Part shown: positions 26,783-40,628 of the stretch, in pieces
How positions within the stretch are numbered: position 1 is the stretch's first letter
Layout of the letters: each line of letters starts with the position of its first letter
Source of the DNA: Octopus vulgaris
Lineage: Eukaryota
NCBI GenBank assembly: GCA_951406725.2
Contig: OX597832.1
Coordinates: forward strand, 62,310,001 to 62,374,000
Length of the DNA stretch: 64,000 nucleotides
Direction of reading: 5' to 3'
Made by a program: the position numbers and the translations under genes
The notes under the pieces: model-generated
Databases searched by the model: none
The model's input: the letters and a program-made list of their open reading frames with translations, nothing else
What the model was told of the DNA's origin: nothing

Positions 26783-27133
26783 TGTTATTATTTCATATAT
26801 TTGCCACAAGGGTGAAGGTTAATGGGGACTAGAGAATCCAGTTACCAACCTGTTGTGAAGCATATTCGAAGCTGTGTTTATGTTCAGCCAATTTCACGGC
26901 AAATTCGTTTTTAATATGAGAGAAGTTATTGTCATATTGAAGAAGCAAGCTTAGACTAGGTAATAATAGTAATGGAGTCATTTTATGGAAAACAAAATAG
27001 ACACTAATAATGCCCCTTCATATAAAGCACCTCAGCGAATATGCACACTCAGAGGCACATATATAGAAACTTATACATATGGGTGTATACTTGTATATAT
27101 GTATATATATATACATATGTATGTATACATATA

Positions 27134-27203
<70 letters not shown>

Positions 27204-27267
27204 GATATACATCTAATAATATATACATATTTATATATATGTACACAGATATTTAAGATTTATGATG

Positions 27268-27308
<41 letters not shown>

Positions 27309-27435
27309 ATATACACATTTCATATAATCATATAGATATAATAATATATAAATATTAATATATATGAACATACATATATAAGGTTAAATGCTTATATATT
27401 CGTCTATATATAATTACACACACAACCACACACAT

Positions 27436-27515
<80 letters not shown>

Positions 27516-27517
<2 letters not shown>

Positions 27518-28132
27518 TGTTGACATAATAACGAACCTAAAGCACTGAGAGTGAAGTCGCATGGCACATATTGACCTTGGTCACCGGCATGGATGCTCAC
27601 TAAGTTTGAAGGTTCTACTCATTTGTGCTGTTTACAGCAGTACTTGTAAGGAAGGTGTATAGCGTCTGATCGTTACATTGACCATGGCAGGGTAAGTTGA
27701 AATGTGCATGGAGAGTGCATGTAGAGGAGTGTATGTGTCGCACACAGTTGTCTGAATGGTTCATACGTTTCCAAGATGGCTGAGTAACTGTCGATATTAA
27801 CGAACGTTCTGGGAGACCCGCAACCAGAAAAGCTGAGAAAAACATCGCAGATCTGTGTACAGCTGATATGTGGGAAATCGTCGACACCAACTTTGTGTTT
27901 TCAGAAAATGTGCAGATTATTTACGGTTCAGTGCATTTTCTCTGAAGATTTGGGTTTGAGACGCGCGTGTGCCAAGTTTGTGCCAAAACTGCTTTCAGCT
28001 GACCAAAACGTCGAAGCTTAGGGCACATGCACAGCAGAAGTCGAGGTCAAGCTGTGCCAAGCGGCTTCACTCTTCGTGCTTTATATTCGTTACTATAGCA
28101 ACAGTCCGGATACTTATTGATCAGACCACCTA
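27516..28132 (+). mobile_element. Internally deleted mariner transposon
   Basis: EECMCRTQLSEWFIRFQDG*VTVDINERSGRP (HTH), LGLRRVCAKFVPKLLSADQ (WVPHEL-like motif), right TIR TCCGGATACTTATTGATCAGACCACC-TA. Confidence 0.85.
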
Positions 28133-28201
28133 TATATCCTTACCTATATGTACACACGTACATAAAGTATGAGGTTATATATTTGTATGTATATATATTG
28201 T

Positions 28202-28239
<38 letters not shown>

Positions 28240-28257
28240 CATGTATGTATATATTGT

Positions 28258-28327
<70 letters not shown>

Positions 28328-29011
28328 TATTGTTATACATATATTGTTATATATGCATGTATATACATCGTTATACACACACACTCACATATATATACAC
28401 GTATGTACGCATGCATATATAACCGATACGAACGGGATAAACATATTTGCCTAGAAAGCAATATTATACATTTAACAGGGTGAATAATTTTCGTTTAACA
28501 TCCATTAAAATATACTTACGTGACTAAAGAGGTTGAAATATGGAGACAAAGGTACAAAGTAAACTCGTACAGTATGGGTAGCTGAATGATGGAATTTGTT
28601 AAAGCGTTAGAGAAGTACCTGTATGGTTTTAGCTACAGCTGTGTATGATCTGCTTTCGAATTCTGTGGATTTTAAACTCGACATAGCCGTTCCTATATGG
28701 TCAAAATATACATCTCTAGAAATACAAAGGTGCATCTATCTAACGATATTCCACCATAAGAATACAGAAACAGGCTTTTAACAACCATGTACTCTACTAA
28801 AACGCATTGAATACTTCTTCAGTTTCCACTGACATTGCTTTCATGTCCCTAAATTCGAGAAATTGGTTTCATAGTGTGAAAACAAAACAAGATGGCGGTA
28901 TGTTTCCAAGCTATCTTCCAAACTCAAAATATTCAACATGAATAGTATTTAAAGACAAAAATAAAATCAAGAAAGGCCGCTGGATATATATGAAGGAAAA
29001 CATTGATAACG

Positions 29012-29048
29012 ACTTCAATGTTTCGGCTTGGTCGCCCTCATCAGACTC
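29012..29048 (-). ncRNA. Degenerate hammerhead motif
   Basis: Minus strand CTGATGA-G-GGC-GACCAA-GCC-GAAACATTG; cleavage triplet and stem I not intact. Confidence 0.4.
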
Positions 29049-29631
29049 TAACTTAGTTTAGGTATTTATGGTCTTATATTTTACGCTAGTATTTCCTGGC
29101 AACAATTTTTGAACGGTGCCTGTTTATTCTTCATGGAGGCTGTTGCTATTTCTTTCTTTTCTTTTCATCACAATTTAGTGAAACACTCAAGTCAGAACGG
29201 AGCTATTATAGCAATGTTTATTTTTATATCAAGTTATGCTAATGTTTATTTTTATACTAATGTTTATACTCATATTACTCTGTATTATATTAATGTTTAT
29301 TTTCATATCAAGTTATACAAACAATGATAGGAATGTCTGGATCAAAACTGAATCCGAATTAGTTTTCTTATACAATATAATATTTCGTATTTGTTACTCA
29401 TTGTCTTCCAGTAATGTATATATCCTGTTGTTAGTTAACAGCCAAAATGTTTCCATGGTGATGGCATCTATAACAACTTAGCTGTTGTAATCTCTCTTCT
29501 GTATTTATTTTATTTCATGTTATTTCTTCGAGTTTTGAATTTCTTCTTTTATTTTTTGTGTTATTGTTAAATCGTTGGGATTTCCAGATGTGTCCAATGA
29601 TTATGCTCAGACACAGACACATGTATCTCAC

Positions 29632-29699
<68 letters not shown>

Positions 29700-29799
29700 C
29701 TGCAACAACACTCATCATCGTGTTCATTTTCGTTTAACGTCCCGTCGTCCATGTTATATTCTCATGGCTCGTATAGTCTGACAAGATTCGAAGAACCAC

Positions 29800-30080
29800 A
29801 GGAATGCAACAGACTCCAGTGTCTGCTCTGACGCTGTTTCTACGACTGGATGCCCTTTCTAAAACACGCGCACACACATATACTCACATACATATACATA
29901 AACACATAAATACATACATAAATATATGTATGTACGTACGTATATATACAGCAGTTTGGCAAAAGAGACTTTGGTCGGCCCGAGACTATAGTAGAAGATA
30001 CTTGCCGAAGGTGTCACGCAGCGGGACTGAATCTGGAACCATGTGGTTGGAAAGCAAGCTTCTTACCACACAGCCACTCT
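29800..30080 (-). mobile_element. Family B SINE head fragment plus flanking repeat
   Basis: TTGGTCGGCCCGAGACTATAGTAGAAGATACTTGCCGAAGGTGTCACGCAGCGGGACTGAA. Confidence 0.75.
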
Positions 30081-30085
30081 CGCGT

Positions 30086-30119
<34 letters not shown>

Positions 30120-30189
30120 TGTATGTATGTATGTATGTATGTATGTATGTATGTATCTATGTATGTATGTATATATGTATGTATAGTCA

Positions 30190-30420
30190 ATTAATAAAAG
30201 ACACAGAGATAAAGAGGAAGCAAACAAACGTCTGAGGACGTAACTCGATGTATTAATAAGACACTCAGAGAAATATTAGAGTAGTTGTTTTTCGTTTCAA
30301 TCATAGTACTTCTTCGGAAACAGGAATAACAGGAATGTCCAAAGGGAGAAAAGGAAGAAAGAGGAAAAAATCTCCAACAGACCACGTGCGGTTACATCTC
30401 TGAAGCGACCGGAAGTATAA
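30190..30420 (-). mobile_element. Penelope-like terminal fragment related to 56875-57065
   Basis: Shared blocks AAC..GAGGACGT, GTATT, GAC.CT.AG, CGTTTC...CTTC.TCGGAAACA, GAAAAAATC; hammerhead-like CCGAAGA...GAAACG on minus strand. Confidence 0.55.
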
Positions 30421-30628
30421 GGAATGAAGAATAAGTGTTTTTCCGGACAGAAGAGTGTGAAGACGATCGGTATTTGTGTGTGTATATGTGTTTGCTTGGT
30501 TGCGTGTGTGCGTGTGGTGGTAACTGTCTGTCCGTGTGATATATACATACATACATACATACATATATATATATATATGAAACTTAATATGTATTTAGAT
30601 ATTAATAAATACGCGTACATTTCTTACG

Positions 30629-30674
<46 letters not shown>

Positions 30675-30779
30675 TGTGTGTGCATACATATATGTATATG
30701 TATGAAAGTATGTGTGCGTATATATATATATATGTATATATATATATACGCATATACATATACATATATATATATATAT

Positions 30780-30819
<40 letters not shown>

Positions 30820-31278
30820 TTCCATATAGAGTTAATGTCTTCTGCTTGTGCTCCGCCATTGTGTTGAGTTCGTACTTTTAAACCTATTGTGAAGTGATGA
30901 CCGATTTCTCATGGTTATTACCGTATCTATTGTCATTACAAATCATTACTATTGTGTCTTTCCCTGTAACAATTGTATTGTCACTTCTTTTACACGTTAT
31001 TAGTGTTAGGCCCATCCAACCAGCAATTACTTTTGTTATCTGACAACATAAAACAGAGATTCCTCTTTTCTGTTGGCTTAGCATTTTACGTTATTTAGTT
31101 TTTTGCTTTGTATTTATTTTTGCCTTTTGTTTGTTTATTTTTTATTCCTCGTACGTCGGAGAAATTCGCGCATACAAAATACATTCAACTCTATACATTT
31201 TCATACCTAGATACATACATATATATCTATATCTACAAATATACATCTATCAACATATATACACACACACACTCACAC

Positions 31279-31329
<51 letters not shown>

Positions 31330-31430
31330 TATATGTATAATATATATATATATCTGTCTATCTATCTGTCAGTATATATATGTATACAAATATATATACA
31401 TATATATATGTGTGTGTATATAAACATATA

Positions 31431-31466
<36 letters not shown>

Positions 31467-31789
31467 TGTATGTATGCATGGATATGAGTGTGTGCGTCTG
31501 TTCGTGTGTATGTGTGTGATCATCTCTTGGTAACACATCTTACCAATCAATGTCGCATATGTAGACTGACTTCAACGTTATCAATAATATATTTATTTTT
31601 ATGAATATTCTTCATCTTTCGTTCACACCCCTTTTCTTTACTGACATCCTGCTCTTTACTCGTTATTCAGCTTCCACCTCGTGTAACTTTGTTTATAATT
31701 ATTGGGTGCATACACACAGAACGGAAAAAACAAAAGCTTTCAACAGAGACTCTCAGACTTGAACGAACCCAAGAAACATTTAATTATGA

Positions 31790-31852
<63 letters not shown>

Positions 31853-32174
31853 CATACATACAAACATACATACATACATACATACATATATACATATACA
31901 TACAAACACTCACTTTTATATATATGGAATTAGAAGTTCCTTGCGTTCAAGCCAAGGTCGTTCAGACCTAGGAATAGAGGCTTTTCTTTCGTCAGCGTAC
32001 AGCGTTTTGTATCCTCTTTACCCGTAATATTACTCATATCTCAATATTAGGTAATGTTGCTAACATTACAATCGCAGCCATATTAATTTTGAAAGTATTT
32101 TGTTATGGTTTATTTGAATGTTATTATTGCTGTTTTTAAATCCGCTGCGTGTAATTACAGTCACAATCATCGTC

Positions 32175-32462
32175 AGTGGACAATCATCTCTTCAGCCCTA
32201 TGAAAGAGGGTTCGAGAGGCAAGCATTATTCCAGTGACGAGTAAGTGGAAACTGTAATGAAGAAGTCGCTCAAAGAACAGACAACAGAATTTTATGGGGC
32301 AGGGATACGTGCTCTCATTCGAAGGTTAGCCATTGCTATTGAGATAAGTAGGAATGTGATCCATAGAGGACCAGCTTCATTTTGATGTATGATATATGCT
32401 CCTGTGTTGGTAATTATACCTGTCCTAAACAAAATGGCATTACCATTTGACTCACCCTCGGA
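32175..32462 (+). mobile_element. Mariner transposon 3' end
   Basis: DNHLFSPMKEGSRGKHYSSDE*VETVMKKSLKEQTTEFYGAGIRAL; TIR-like TTTGACTCACCCTCG. Confidence 0.8.
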
Positions 32463-32504
32463 TATATATATATGTATTTATCTATTTATTTATCTATTTA
32501 TATA

Positions 32505-32740
32505 TGTATTTCTTTACTACCCACAAGGGGCTAAACACAGAGGGGACAAACAAGGACTGACAAAGAGAGTAAGTCGATTATATCGACCCCAGTGCGTAAC
32601 TGGTACTTAATTTATCGACCCCGAAAGGATGAAAGGCAAAGTCGACCTCGGCGGAATTTGAACTCGGAACGTAACGGCAGACGAAATACGGCTAGGCATT
32701 TCACCCGGCGTGCTAACGTTTCTGCCAGCTCGCCGCCTTT
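32505..32740 (-). mobile_element. Family A SINE monomer, young
   Basis: Close reverse match to 15198-15433. Confidence 0.92.
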
Positions 32741-32772
32741 TATCTATTTATATATGTATCTATTTATCTATT

Positions 32773-32806
<34 letters not shown>

Positions 32807-32909
32807 TGTATGTATGTATCTATCTATCTATATATGTACGTATGTATGTATGTACGTATGTATGTATGTATGTATGTATGTATGCATGTATGTATGGGTT
32901 TATGAATTC

Positions 32910-33434
32910 CTTTTGCAAGATTCATGATGTGAAACCGTGTGTTGGAACAGGTATTGTTTTCTATCGTGATAGACATTTAAATTTTTTTTTCGATAAATAA
33001 ACACACGCATTATACATTCGTTTTTCACTCGTCTATTACCGTTCTCCTACCGGTCACAGATGTAGGACTAACGATTGCTGGACAATGGAAAAGAGTTAAA
33101 ATAAGAACATTAATAAACGAGTGAAGAAGGAATATATATAGTGTGTGTGTGTTTATTTTGAAAAAAAAAATGCTATCCCGAAATACAAAATATATATATA
33201 TTTCGTTGTTGGATTTGGTTTGCAAGATTCTTTATGTGAGTTCGTGTGGTGAAGCACATTCTGTTGTGCCTGGGAAGAGTCATTCTCTTTTATTGTCTTA
33301 TAATTTAACACACTCACCCGTACAATTTCCACTTCTTTCTTTTTTTTTTCTAAAATTTCGTTGCGTCTTGCCACCTTTTTAATAGTTTTGACTCAGAATC
33401 AAAACTATTGAAATAGTTGCAAGACGAAACGAAA
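32910..33434. mobile_element. Palindromic MITE-like repeat(s)
   Basis: AAATAAACACACGCATTATA..CACTCGTCTATTA vs TAATAAACGAGTG..TGTGTGTTTATTT; hairpin at 33356-33434; shares sequence with 18430-18545. Confidence 0.5.
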
Positions 33435-33769
33435 CGAAACGTAACGGCCGGTCTATAATCGAACCCATGATCTCGCAATCATGAGTGCAACACCCTAACC
33501 ACTTAGCCATGCGTTTTCACATGTGTGTGTGTGTGTGTGTGTGTGTGTAGGTATATTTTTATGTATATGTAGCACAATACTGAATATATTACGTTTCGGA
33601 AGACTGCAATGTAAGAGTATTTGGTTAGTATGTCTAGCATCTTAACAACCGGCGTAGAGGTTCCCTACTTGACTACCTCCCTCCCTTCCTACATCCCGTC
33701 CCACCCTTTTGGCCAATGATTCGATTTCTTCCACGTAAAACAAACTCATAAGTGCTCCTACTTCTTGTC

Positions 33770-34195
33770 AGAAACAGTTTGAAGTGTTTTATTAAATGTT
33801 ACTGTTTTTTGTTGCTGTCGTTATTTTTTCTTTGTTGTAGTTGATGATGATGATGATGTTCTTGGTGGTGGTGTCGGTGGTGCATATGACTAAAATGTTG
33901 ATGATGTTGGTGAAGGCATGATGATGTTGATGATGATGACGATGAGGAGGTGGAGAAGGAAGGGAAGGAGGATAGGAGGAAGAGAGGAAGAGGAGAGGAG
34001 GAGGAGGAGGAGGGTGGAGGTGGAGGAGGGGAAGCGGACGAATGGAGGTGGAGGAGAGGAGGAGGATGGCGATGATGACGACGACAGTGATGAGATGAGA
34101 TGGTGATGATAATGATGACAACGACGATTATCATAACGATGATGATGACGATGACGATGTTGATGATGATGATGATGATGACGTCGACGATGATA

Positions 34196-34234
<39 letters not shown>

Positions 34235-34620
34235 TTAGTGTTGATGTTAGCACAGCCGCGTTAGCTGCAAATTTGTCGGCAAAGCACGTTTCCAAGGCAG
34301 GTTCTATTTACAGTTGGAATCGTGCTACTTAAAACTCTAATACACTTCAAGAACAAACAAACAAAAAATAAATAATAATAATAATGATAAACATCCAAAA
34401 ACATAAATAAACTCGAAGGTTTCATCCCCCTTAATCTCTTTAAAAATAATAGGCTTCCTACAGACATAGAAGATCACAACCAACACTGCTAGTATTGTTG
34501 TTGTTGTTGTTGTTGCTGCTGCATCTGGTGGTGTTGGTGTTGTAGCTATTGCTGTTACTGTTGTTGCTGTTATTCTTGTCCTATCTATCCCAAATGCCTG
34601 GCCTTATGCCTAAATGAGAA

Positions 34621-34679
<59 letters not shown>

Positions 34680-34725
34680 CAGTAGTAGTTGTAGTAGTTG
34701 TAGTAGTTGTAGTAGTAGCAGCAGC

Positions 34726-34797
<72 letters not shown>

Positions 34798-34857
34798 TGT
34801 GGTGGGGGTGGTGGTAGTAGTAGTAGTAGTAGCAGCAGCAGCAGCAGCAGCAGCATC

Positions 34858-34903
<46 letters not shown>

Positions 34904-34930
34904 ATAGTAGTAGTAGTTGTTGTTGTTGTT
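33770..34930. repeat. Compound trinucleotide microsatellites (GAT, GGA, GTT, TAG, CAG)
   Basis: Direct inspection. Confidence 0.9.
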
Positions 34931-34935
34931 GCTGT

Positions 34936-35270
34936 TTTATTTCTCAGAAAGCTCGGTCTTTTTTGCTCTGGTAGATTCTGTGAGAGCGGACACCAGCCTA
35001 CTGTCAGAGGGCTCACAGGATCTCTTTCTGCACATTATAAGCTTTGATACTTGGCTGTTAATTATCGTGGGGGACATTCAATATCCAAGTACCAATCTCA
35101 AGATCCTAGCTGTCCTCAGCAGACCAGCTTTTTGGGGCATGCTTTGCTCTCATGTCAATTCCGATTTCTTTGACATATTTCTCGAACTTGTTTAATAGTG
35201 CTCCAAGTGCCTCTACAACTACTGGAATGACAGGCACTCTCCTCATTGTTCAAATTCTTGCAATTTCGTC
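34936..35270 (-). mobile_element. Second R4/Dong-like family, 3' end
   Basis: DEIARI*TMRRVPVIPVVVEALGALLNKFEKYVKEIGI then KAGLLRTARILRLVL after a frameshift; 5' end abuts (TAA)n. Confidence 0.8.
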
Positions 35271-35349
<79 letters not shown>

Positions 35350-35351
<2 letters not shown>

Positions 35352-35912
35352 TATTGTCTTTGCACAGCTTCTAACGCTGGAGATGTACTACGGTGCCAGC
35401 TGTTCACTACCAGTGAACTCAGGTAACAACTCTTATTTTTCGAGCACCATCCAGAGTATTTGAGCGGTCCCACGCAATGATGTTTTTTTGCAAGTGCTCC
35501 ACCCGTATTGCAGCCCCTATTTGTTATATGTACTTCTCAATATTGTTCCCAGGGCTCCGATAATTATTGGTACGATTACCACCTTTTTCATCCACCACAA
35601 CTTCTTTACCTCCCAAACTAACCTGTCATATCTATCGACTTTTCTTTCTTCCTTATCGCATACCTTGTTGACATCTTGGCATGCTATATCTATGATCCAG
35701 CATCGTTTGCTTTCTTTCACAATTAAGACTATGTCTGACTTCCTATTCTCTCTCTCATGGTGGCGCTGAATCATAAAATCCCATAGGATCTTTGCATTAT
35801 CATTTTCAATGATGCCTTCGGTTCATACCACTTTTTTGCGCTGTCAAGTCCATAGTTGTTGCAAAGTGTCGAATGGACAATCCTTGCTATATTGTCATGA
35901 CGTCTCATGTTC
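35350..35912 (-). mobile_element. Third R4/Dong-like family, RLE domain and 3' UTR, decayed
   Basis: RRHDNIARIVH..KKWYE, ENDNAKILWDF, RKSDIVL..IIDIAC..KVDRY..L, IVPIIIGALG, GTAQIL; 3' end runs into (TAA)n. Confidence 0.88.
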
Positions 35913-36860
35913 TTTCTTTGCTTTTCACCCTTCGGGGTCGATAAAATAAATCGCAAGTGACAACTCTAGTCAATGTTATGGGCTTACTTCTTTCTCAAAA
36001 ATTTCTGGCCTTATTCCTGTAAAAGAAAGGATTATCATTGCTTTGGGTTAAAAGAATCTCTAAGTCGCTGGCCGAAGTGAATCAATTCTTAATGAGTTCA
36101 ATTCATGTTTAGGTTAACTTTGCTGTTCATATTTCTTTGGTCGGTAAAGAAAGTATCATGAAGGCAAAACTCTTCACTTCGTTTACTGTCACTACAATTG
36201 TAATTTTTAAGGTCGCAACTTTGAGAAAAATATGAATTTGTGTGCCGTGTATATCTGTGACTATATACATCATAGCTGCGTAGATGCAGAAGAAGCTCTT
36301 TATTTGAGATATCACGAATAGCAGGTTTGGATCGTTGTATATGAGTGGAGGCAGCTGGCAAAGTGATAGAACGTTGCATTCAATATCATAAGATTGTGTT
36401 TCTGATCCTTGAGCAAAATACTTTATTTCACGTCGCTTCAATACGCACAGATGGCAAAACAATGATTCTGCGATGGACCATCCCACCGTTTGGCAAGGGC
36501 TATATATTCGACAGAGATTCCGGGAAACCAGCCTTAGGAACTTATGGCGCAGGAAGGACTTTCAATTTTTTTTTGTTATATTTATTTTTGTACATGTCTG
36601 TGAGTCTGCATATTATAGAGAGACACATACATGCTGAGATAGGTGGAGTTGTGAGGGTAGACTTTCAGCTGACAGCTGGATCCAGTGCCAAATATATATT
36701 TATGTGTGCGCGTACACACACATAAGGAATATATAGTGTAGTGATACATCATATATATATGTACATATATACAGTTACACACACATACACACATATATAT
36801 ATGTATGTATACATGTATATGTATGTGTATATATTATCTCATTCTGTCAATTTTCATATA

Positions 36861-36900
<40 letters not shown>

Positions 36901-37088
36901 TATATATGCATATATATACATATATATATATGCATATATATACATATATATGCATATATATATGTATATATATATACATATATATATATATACATATATA
37001 TATGCAATATATATATAAATATATATATGCATATATAAATATATATATAAATATATATATGCATATATATATATATATATATATACGC

Positions 37089-37124
<36 letters not shown>

Positions 37125-37403
37125 TTCACCTCAATTGGCCCCGCTCTCTTTAACATTACACCAAAACACATTAAAAAGAAACTGACCCTATAGGGTTCAA
37201 GAAGTCTCTGGACAGATTCCTTCAAGAAATCCCGGATAAACCCCCTACACCCGGATATGTCTCTGTAAACAATAACTCTCTACTTGAGTGGGCCATAGTG
37301 CCCAAATTCTGACTTGAAAGACTTCACCAGGTGGTGCTATTAAGTTAGACATGGCCTGGGCCAATAATGGCCGAAACCTATCAAAGTATCAAAGTGTCAA
37401 AGT
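37125..37403 (+). mobile_element. CR1/L2-group LINE 3' end in (TA)n
   Basis: [17 protein letters not shown] / [29 protein letters not shown]; 3' stem-loop GGCCA-ATAA-TGGCC; tail (RTCAAAGT)x3. Confidence 0.8.
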
Positions 37404-37699
37404 ATATATATATATCAATGTATTTATGTTTGGATGAATGGTAACAATCTTATGCAGTTGTCATTGGATCCCTCTTTCTTTGAGATTGCACCTGTTGACT
37501 GGTTAGCCCCTGCGGTAAAACCAAATGTAATGTAGTCTCTTAGTTTCCATTAGTTTCCTATACCCTAACACATCCTTCCATTCACTAGGGAGACCAACAT
37601 ACCAGACTTACACGCGCCACAAACGCCGACTGGGGCCTTCAGTGTTGCACGATTAACTCAGTAAACGTACTCGAGACAACTAAAGTTTACTCACAAAAG

Positions 37700-38080
37700 C
37701 GGTGGTTATGGTTACACTGATGAGAATGACCTAACGTTTATGAATTACCGTTCACATATCTGCTATATTGGGGGAGATTACAGGCGAACAAGACACAAAG
37801 GACAAAAAGGTCATGAAAAATGCATGGTTGTGAAGCTTGTAAATGATTTTTGGAACTCCTTTCTTTTAAGATCACTCATCTGTGGAAAAGATAGTGACAC
37901 TAAGAAACTCATAGCCCTCACTGCCTCAATCAAACGTAATTTTGCAGGCATTTTCTCCTTTGGCAATGTTTTTAATTATTGGATCTACCGAATATTCCGG
38001 CGGCGATGAAAAGTCTTGGCGAAGATAGACTGGATCGGAATGTGATAGATTTTTTTTTGAATGGTATCGATATTTGGTTA
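37700..38080 (+). pseudogene. Possible decayed piggyBac transposase fragment
   Basis: CYIGGD..R...CMVVKLVNDFWNS...FAG...NIPAAMK resembles YLGKD...VV.KLV.P..NS...VGT..NK.EIP..MK. Confidence 0.4.
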
Positions 38081-38189
38081 CAAGTACAAGTCAGTGTAAA
38101 TAAACAGATATCTATCGATCTATCTATCTACCTATCTATATCTCTCTCTCTATATATATATATATGTATATATATATGTGTGTGTGTGT

Positions 38190-38239
<50 letters not shown>

Positions 38240-38241
<2 letters not shown>

Positions 38242-38622
38242 TCTTCTATTCTTTTACTTGTTTCAGTTATTTGAATGTGGCCATGCTGGAGCACCGCCTT
38301 TCATTCGAAGAAATCGACCCCAGGAGTTATTCTTTTCCAGCCCGGTGCTTATTCTATCGAAATCTTTTCCGGCCCGCTAATTTACGGGAACACCAACATC
38401 GGTTTTGAAGCGATGGAGGGGGAACAAACACACACACATACACACATATATATACATATACGAGGGGCTTCTTTCAATTTCCGCCTACCAAATCCATTCA
38501 CAAGGCTTTGGTCGTCCCGAGGCTATACTAGAAGACACTTGCCCAAGGTGCAACACAGTGGATCTGAACCCGGAACCATATGGTTGGGAAACAAGCTTTT
38601 TACCGCACAACCGCACCTGCAC
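38240..38622 (-). mobile_element. Family B SINE
   Basis: Full head, core and tail in reverse. Confidence 0.85.
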
Positions 38623-38636
38623 TGAGAAAAAGGAAG

Positions 38637-38757
38637 TTTGGATAATCCTTCATTAGCCTCTTTGTTCGTTTACGAACTCATCAACACAAAATGAAAATCA
38701 AAATGGTTTTTGACGAGTTCGTAAGCGAACGAAAGCGCTAACAGAGGATTATCCAAA
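38637..38757. ncRNA. Imperfect hairpin composed of two divergent hammerhead-like motifs
   Basis: +: TTGACGA-GTTCG-TAAG-CGAAC-GAAA-GCGC-TA (38710-38740); -: TTGATGA-GTTCG-TAAA-CGAAC-AAAG..GC-TA; outer arms TTTGGATAATCCT/AGGATTATCCAAA. Confidence 0.55.
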
Positions 38758-39173
38758 ATTCTGACGCATATGCGTGTGAATACAGATATAGGCATATAAA
38801 TAGATATTTGGTTTCACGTAATTCTGTAGGAATTTATCAGTATCTATGCGTCTATATTCTTCATAGTAATGCTGAGAAATGCGCCCCTCTAATCTTACAA
38901 AGTAGCAATAAGTCCAGCAGGGGTTTTAGGTACTGGATGCGTTAAATATTCCGAGAGTGATGGAATGTTTACAAATGGAATAATTCTGAATGTGCTTCAG
39001 ATTTATGGTCGGCATTGGTCGTTACAAGCAGTTATGAAATAAGTAGCTGGGTTTTGAATGTATACATATGTATGTTTGTGCACACACACACAGACATATA
39101 TATCTGTGTGAGTGGGCATGTATATGCATGTAAACACACACACACACACATATATCTATATATATATGTATGT

Positions 39174-39212
<39 letters not shown>

Positions 39213-39217
39213 CATGT

Positions 39218-39290
<73 letters not shown>

Positions 39291-39460
39291 GAACGTATTC
39301 ATGAATATACGTATGCATAAATAAATATAATTTTGTATGTATACTATATGTATATTCATGTATTAGCGTATATTATGGCTGTACGTCTGCAACAATATTA
39401 TAAGTCTCTCAACATCTGTCTGTGAGTTTGCATCTTAAAGCATAAATATATGCATACTCA

Positions 39461-39571
<111 letters not shown>

Positions 39572-39615
39572 ATATAAATATATATATATGGGTATATATG
39601 TATATATGCATGTAA

Positions 39616-39646
<31 letters not shown>

Positions 39647-39997
39647 TGTATGTGTGCATGTTGGAGTGTACATGCTGCGTCTCAACGAACTTGTGCATTA
39701 GTGTTGTCTGTTTCCAACTACGCGTGGCAACGTGTCTGTGCGCCTGCGTTGGCTTGCATACGGGTCTGGGTGCTATTCTGTAAAAATATGATTTATTGCA
39801 GACATTCAGGGAGGAGCAATTGGATATATTTTCACAAGAACGTAACATGTTAATGGGAAAAACAGTGATAAGGTCAGAGGAAGGGAGAGAGAGAGAGAGA
39901 GAGCGAAAGAGAGAGAACGAATGAGAGAGAAAGAGAGAGTTGGGTGTATTGAAATATTGGGTGGTTTGTTGGCTGGTTGGGTGGAGGGGGAACTGTC

Positions 39998-40210
39998 GTG
40001 TTTTTTTGTTTGTTTGTCTAAAGGAAGCAGTTATGCAAATAGGTGACTATGAGCAAGAGAAGGAATAGGAGAGGAAAAGAGGATGATGATGATGAGGAGG
40101 AAGAGGAGGGGGAGGAGGGGGAGATGGTGGAAGAGGTGAAAAATATAGAGCTGGGGGATGATGATGCGGAGGATGATGATAAACAGAAAGGACAAGAACA
40201 TGTAGGTGAG

Positions 40211-40254
<44 letters not shown>

Positions 40255-40556
40255 TTTAGTAGTAGCAGCAGCAGCAGTAGTTGTAGTAGTTGTTGTAGTA
40301 GTAGTAGTTGTAGTAGTAGTAGTTGTTGTAGTAGTAGTAGTAGTAGTTGTTGTAGTTGTTGTAGTAGTAGTAATAGTAGTAGTAGTAGTAGTGTTTTTTG
40401 TTTGTTTGTCTAAAGAAAGCAGTTATGCAAATAGGTGATTATGAGGATGAGGAAGAGGGGGAGGTGTGGGAGGTGGAGGATGTGGTGAATGTAGAGCTGG
40501 CGGATGATGATGATGAGGATGATGATAAACAGAAAGGACAACAAGAAAAAGTAGGT

Positions 40557-40605
<49 letters not shown>

Positions 40606-40628
40606 CAGCAGCAGCAGCAGCAGCAGCA
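39998..40628. repeat. Two-unit tandem duplication with microsatellite-variable units
   Basis: GTGTTTTTT..GTCTAAAG.AAGCAGTTATGCAAATAGGTGA at 39998 and 40391; GATGATAAACAGAAAGGACAA in both. Confidence 0.85.

Noticed and set aside
37358-37378. GGCCA-ATAA-TGGCC-GAAAC as a hammerhead half
   Set aside because: No CUGANGA upstream; better explained as a LINE 3' stem-loop
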